10,700 nt of DNA from Candidatus Heimdallarchaeota archaeon (GTDB taxonomy: Archaea; Asgardarchaeota; Heimdallarchaeia; Heimdallarchaeales; Heimdallarchaeaceae), in NCBI GenBank assembly GCA_021399395.1, contig JAAFKJ010000063.1, forward strand, positions 1-10,700, in the 5' to 3' direction. Under the pieces are notes generated by a model. It searched no databases, had not been told where the DNA came from, and was given only the letters and a program-made list of their open reading frames with translations. The position numbers were made by a program, and so were the translations under genes. Of the stretch, positions 7,393 through 10,700 are shown one piece after another (position 1 is the stretch's first letter; every line of letters begins with the position of its first letter).

Positions 7393-8592
7393 ATGTTCCT
7401 CACAAAATACCAAGAAAGAATGTTGAACGGTGAAATGGGTGAAGCAATCTCTAAAAGTTTCGAACTAATAGTCAAACTTGGGGATTTGAATGATGCTGAT
7501 AAACTTATACCTATCAAAAACGCACAGATTGCTGGAGTTTCATACTATACTGTAGGAGAATCTATCTTTTCCTTTCTTGAGCTCTTTTCTAAAGATAAGA
7601 TAAAAGTGAAGGTCCCCAGCTGGTTGAATCCTGCTGGAATGGATACGGTGAAATGGAAAGAAATGGGGATTTCTGAGGATTTTGCTGAAAAACAAAATAG
7701 AATAATAAAATACTATATGGATATGGGGATTGAATTAACTCTTACTTGTACTCCATATTTAATCGGTTATGAACCATCGTTTGGTGAAAATTTATCTTGG
7801 AGCGAATCTTCCGCGGTTTCAGTTGCTAATGGTTATTATGGTGCAAGAACAAATAGAGAAGGTGCCCCTCTGGCTTTAGCATCTGCAGTAATAGGGTTAA
7901 CTGCTAATTATGGTCTTCATATGAATGAAAATAGGATGCCGAAGGTGATAATCGATGTTCAAACAGAGATCAAACATTTCTCTGATTATTCAGCTCTAGG
8001 TTATTGGTATGGAAAGAATTTCAAAGGACTTATCCCCTATTTCAAAGGACTTAAAGAATCTTCAGTAGACCAAATAAAGATGCTAGCCGCTGCTATGGCT
8101 GCATCTGGAAGTGTTGCACATTTTCATATAGAAAATCAAACTCCTGAGTCAAAATTAGTAGACTTGGGTTATATTGAGGAGAACTTTGAGTTCTTAGTAG
8201 AAGATAAGAAATCTGTTTATTCTATCTTTCAACAGACAAAGGAACAAGCTGATTTGGTCGCAATTGGTTGTCCTCATACAAGTGTTGATGATTTGAAGAA
8301 AATCTCTTCAATTGTTGGAGATAAAACTCTTAGGAAAGGAACCGATTTCTGGATATTTTCATCGAAGAAGGAATTAGAAACCCCTGGATCCAAATCTATT
8401 ATCAATCAGTTAGAAAATAAGGGGATTAGGATTTTTACTGATACGTGCATGGTCGTATCGCCTACTATTAGAGACAATTACGAAAATATAATTACAAATT
8501 CAACTAAAGCTGCGTTTTATCTCACAAGAAAAGGGCAAAACAAAGTGAATCTTCAATCTCTTGAAGAAATCTCTATGGAGGTTTTTGAATGA
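7393..8592 (+). CDS. Aconitase X catalytic subunit; probable phosphomevalonate dehydratase large subunit (DUF521)
   Basis: MFLTKYQERMLNGEMG start, AQIAGVSY, LNPAGMD, CTPY, WSESSA, GARTNREG, GCPH and DTCMVVSP (three Fe-S Cys). ATG 7393 is preferred over GTG 7384. Confidence 0.9.
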   Translation: MFLTKYQERMLNGEMGEAISKSFELIVKLGDLNDADKLIPIKNAQIAGVSYYTVGESIFSFLELFSKDKIKVKVPSWLNPAGMDTVKWKEMGISEDFAEKQNRIIKYYMDMGIELTLTCTPYLIGYEPSFGENLSWSESSAVSVANGYYGARTNREGAPLALASAVIGLTANYGLHMNENRMPKVIIDVQTEIKHFSDYSALGYWYGKNFKGLIPYFKGLKESSVDQIKMLAAAMAASGSVAHFHIENQTPESKLVDLGYIEENFEFLVEDKKSVYSIFQQTKEQADLVAIGCPHTSVDDLKKISSIVGDKTLRKGTDFWIFSSKKELETPGSKSIINQLENKGIRIFTDTCMVVSPTIRDNYENIITNSTKAAFYLTRKGQNKVNLQSLEEISMEVFE

Positions 8593-8999
8593 AAGAGATA
8601 GGGATAAGATCTATTGTTGATGGAAAGGTCAAGAGCACAGCTGTTGTATCTCCTATATCAATCTCCTTTCTTGAAGGAGTTGACCCAGAAACTGGAATTA
8701 TTATGGATCAGGAAAATCCTCTTTTTGGAACAAGCATAGCAGACAAGGTGTTTGTTTTTCCCGAAGGTAAGGGTTCTACAGTTGGTTCTTATGTTATTTA
8801 TGGATTACAAGTTAATGGTGTTGCTCCAACTGCTTTTGTGGTTAATAATGCAGAACCTATAATTGTGGCAGGAGCAATTTTAGCAAACATTACCCTTGTT
8901 GATCAACCAAGTGAAGATATATTTTCCTTTATCAAAACTGGTGATTCGATTATTATAGATACGAGTAAAAGTATTATCAAAATTGGAAAAAAAGAGTGA
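8589..8999 (+). CDS. Aconitase X swivel subunit; probable phosphomevalonate dehydratase small subunit (DUF126)
   Basis: ISFLEGVDPETG, FPEGKGSTVGSYV and EPIIVAGAILA motifs; ATGA overlap with the large-subunit stop. Confidence 0.9.
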   Translation: MKEIGIRSIVDGKVKSTAVVSPISISFLEGVDPETGIIMDQENPLFGTSIADKVFVFPEGKGSTVGSYVIYGLQVNGVAPTAFVVNNAEPIIVAGAILANITLVDQPSEDIFSFIKTGDSIIIDTSKSIIKIGKKE

Positions 9000-9012
9000 A
9001 GGGGTTCGTAAC

Positions 9013-10698
9013 TTACCTTCTTTTCTTACCTTGCTGTTCTGCAAGAAGTTTTTGAAATTCATCTCTTAGAAGTGTTTCTTGTTCTTGTAAAGCCTGTTTT
9101 CTGGCTTCATCTAACTTGACTTGAAGCTCTTCTAATGTAGCTTCTTTTTCTTTATTCATTTCAGCCACAAGATCATCTAGTTCTTTTTTATGCTGTTCTT
9201 CAAGTTGATCGACAAGTTCTTTTTGCTCTTTTTCTGTTTGAATCTTAGCGGTTGATTGAATGCGAGATTTTTCTTCCTCAAAGGATTGTTTTAAGTTATC
9301 AGTTTCTAACAAGTGATCCTCTGTTAATTGAGCTTTTTCGGCTTCGATTTCTGTTCTAACAGTTTCAATAGCTAAAAGAATTTTGTCTTCTATTACCTTA
9401 TCACGAGCTTCATAAACAATCTCGAGGAATTCTTTACCAGATATTTCTGTCATAATTTCGTGAATCTGTTCTAAGGTATTGATATTAGTATATGCAGTTT
9501 CAAATTCTTCATTTGAAAGCATTATTTCTGAATCTTTAATGATTTTTTCAAGAAAACCCATAATAAGATTGATTGCCTTCTCTGGCATAATCTCAACTGA
9601 ACTAAGATTGTTCTTGAGTTCTAGTCCCTTTGCAGCAAGTTCAGCAAGTTCAACCTCATATCCTCTAATGATACTTTTTTCTCTAAATACAAGTTCATAT
9701 GGGCCTACCATCATCGTTTGTTTTGTTTGAAGTTGATCATAAAAAGTAACATTTGCACTAAGTTCATAGGTGACTTCGGTTCCTTTTGGTATGCCTTGAA
9801 TAGTCAGTTTATTTTCTGTTGAATGTTTGGCAGGCAAACTCTCGATTGTTATTTCCCTACCGCCTTCTAGAACTTCAACGCCATCAGGTATATTCAATTT
9901 GAAAACTAAATTATATGCGTCTCCTTCGCCCTCATTATCAATTGATAAAACTAAGTCATTTGATTCTCCAAACACTAAATCTCTAGATATCTTGAGTTCA
10001 GGTACTATTCTTGGTAGTTTAACTTTGGATCTGAATGTTGTAACAACGGTATCCATTGCACTATCTATAGCAGAGAAGAATAGCTCTCCCATAATCTGAG
10101 ACAAACCAGGTTTGAGATGATTTCCTACAAGTTGTTGAGCATTCAGTAAAGAGGTTGTGTCTGAATCTTTAACAGCTTTAATGGCATGGCCAGCAGCATA
10201 AAGAATCTGTTGTGCTCTTGTAAAACCGGGATCATCTTGGATTTGCTCAATGTATTTTTTGTACAACTCTTCAGCTGCCTGGTAATCCTCAATAGAAAAT
10301 AAGAAGTAACAAGCTGTAGAAACAAGAATAATTCCCCTGTCATATTCGTTCCACATCAAATATTCTTGAGCTGCATTAACCAAATCGTCTACTACAGCTT
10401 TTGTAGCAGCTATCCAATCTTCTCTAGCGTTAAGTTTTTTGTATATATAAGAAACATAATAGAGATTTTGAGCACTCATACGAAATTGTTTTTTCTCTTT
10501 ATTTTCTTCAGATGCTCTAATAAAATTCTTAATTGCCTCATGATACAAATCTTCTGCTTGAGCCAAACCCCTTGTAGCTTCCTGATTCTTTGCAGCTTCC
10601 AAATATTTCCTCGCTGAATCAGAAAAATTGGCACTCTTAAATAAGTCTCGAGCTTCTGACATTAATTTAGCAAGATCCTCATCATATGACTTTTCCAT
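9013..10698 (-). CDS. Hypothetical protein: helical-repeat N-terminus, Ig-like (CARDB-like) middle domain, acidic coiled-coil C-terminus; may begin upstream of the window
   Basis: 561-codon ORF. Residues ~1-225 are amphipathic helices; ~229-339 are beta-rich with a LSIDNEGEGDAYNL motif; ~340-561 are E/K/Q/L-rich helices. The partial codon before the ATG (xTT) is not a stop, so the frame could extend beyond the window. Confidence 0.85.
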   Translation of the reverse strand: MEKSYDEDLAKLMSEARDLFKSANFSDSARKYLEAAKNQEATRGLAQAEDLYHEAIKNFIRASEENKEKKQFRMSAQNLYYVSYIYKKLNAREDWIAATKAVVDDLVNAAQEYLMWNEYDRGIILVSTACYFLFSIEDYQAAEELYKKYIEQIQDDPGFTRAQQILYAAGHAIKAVKDSDTTSLLNAQQLVGNHLKPGLSQIMGELFFSAIDSAMDTVVTTFRSKVKLPRIVPELKISRDLVFGESNDLVLSIDNEGEGDAYNLVFKLNIPDGVEVLEGGREITIESLPAKHSTENKLTIQGIPKGTEVTYELSANVTFYDQLQTKQTMMVGPYELVFREKSIIRGYEVELAELAAKGLELKNNLSSVEIMPEKAINLIMGFLEKIIKDSEIMLSNEEFETAYTNINTLEQIHEIMTEISGKEFLEIVYEARDKVIEDKILLAIETVRTEIEAEKAQLTEDHLLETDNLKQSFEEEKSRIQSTAKIQTEKEQKELVDQLEEQHKKELDDLVAEMNKEKEATLEELQVKLDEARKQALQEQETLLRDEFQKLLAEQQGKKRR

Positions 10699-10700
10699 AA

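Noticed and set aside
8997-9020. GGGGTTCGTAAC resembling a tRNA T-arm or att site
   Set aside because: No cloverleaf or proper T-stem; only a weak hairpin in a 13-nt gap between convergent genes.
8880-10617. Short ORFs overlapping the small subunit and the 561-aa gene
   Set aside because: Antisense or nested frames without independent coding evidence.

Overview
AT-rich archaeal genomic window. Nep1, a single-module ZPR1, a two-subunit AcnX and a fused ADP-forming acyl-CoA synthetase point to Archaea; an Asgard-type origin is only a guess. From left to right: (1) a minus-strand lipB-lipA lipoate synthesis pair, with lipA truncated by the window edge and missing from the ORF track; (2) a solo tnpB (IS200/IS605 superfamily, no tnpA) with an intact RuvC triad and a GC-rich, structured 3' end that looks like the omega/reRNA scaffold, inserted just upstream of lipB; (3) nep1 and a fused acetate/acyl-CoA ligase (ADP-forming); (4) a ZPR1-like gene divergent from a tightly coupled three-gene operon (HhH-GPD/EndoIII-like protein, then phosphomevalonate dehydratase large and small subunits); (5) a convergent 561-aa unknown protein with a helical-repeat, Ig-like and coiled-coil layout. 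The best candidates for follow-up are the TnpB/omegaRNA module with its junction to the lipB promoter, and the 561-aa protein. No CRISPR array, tRNA or rRNA was seen.
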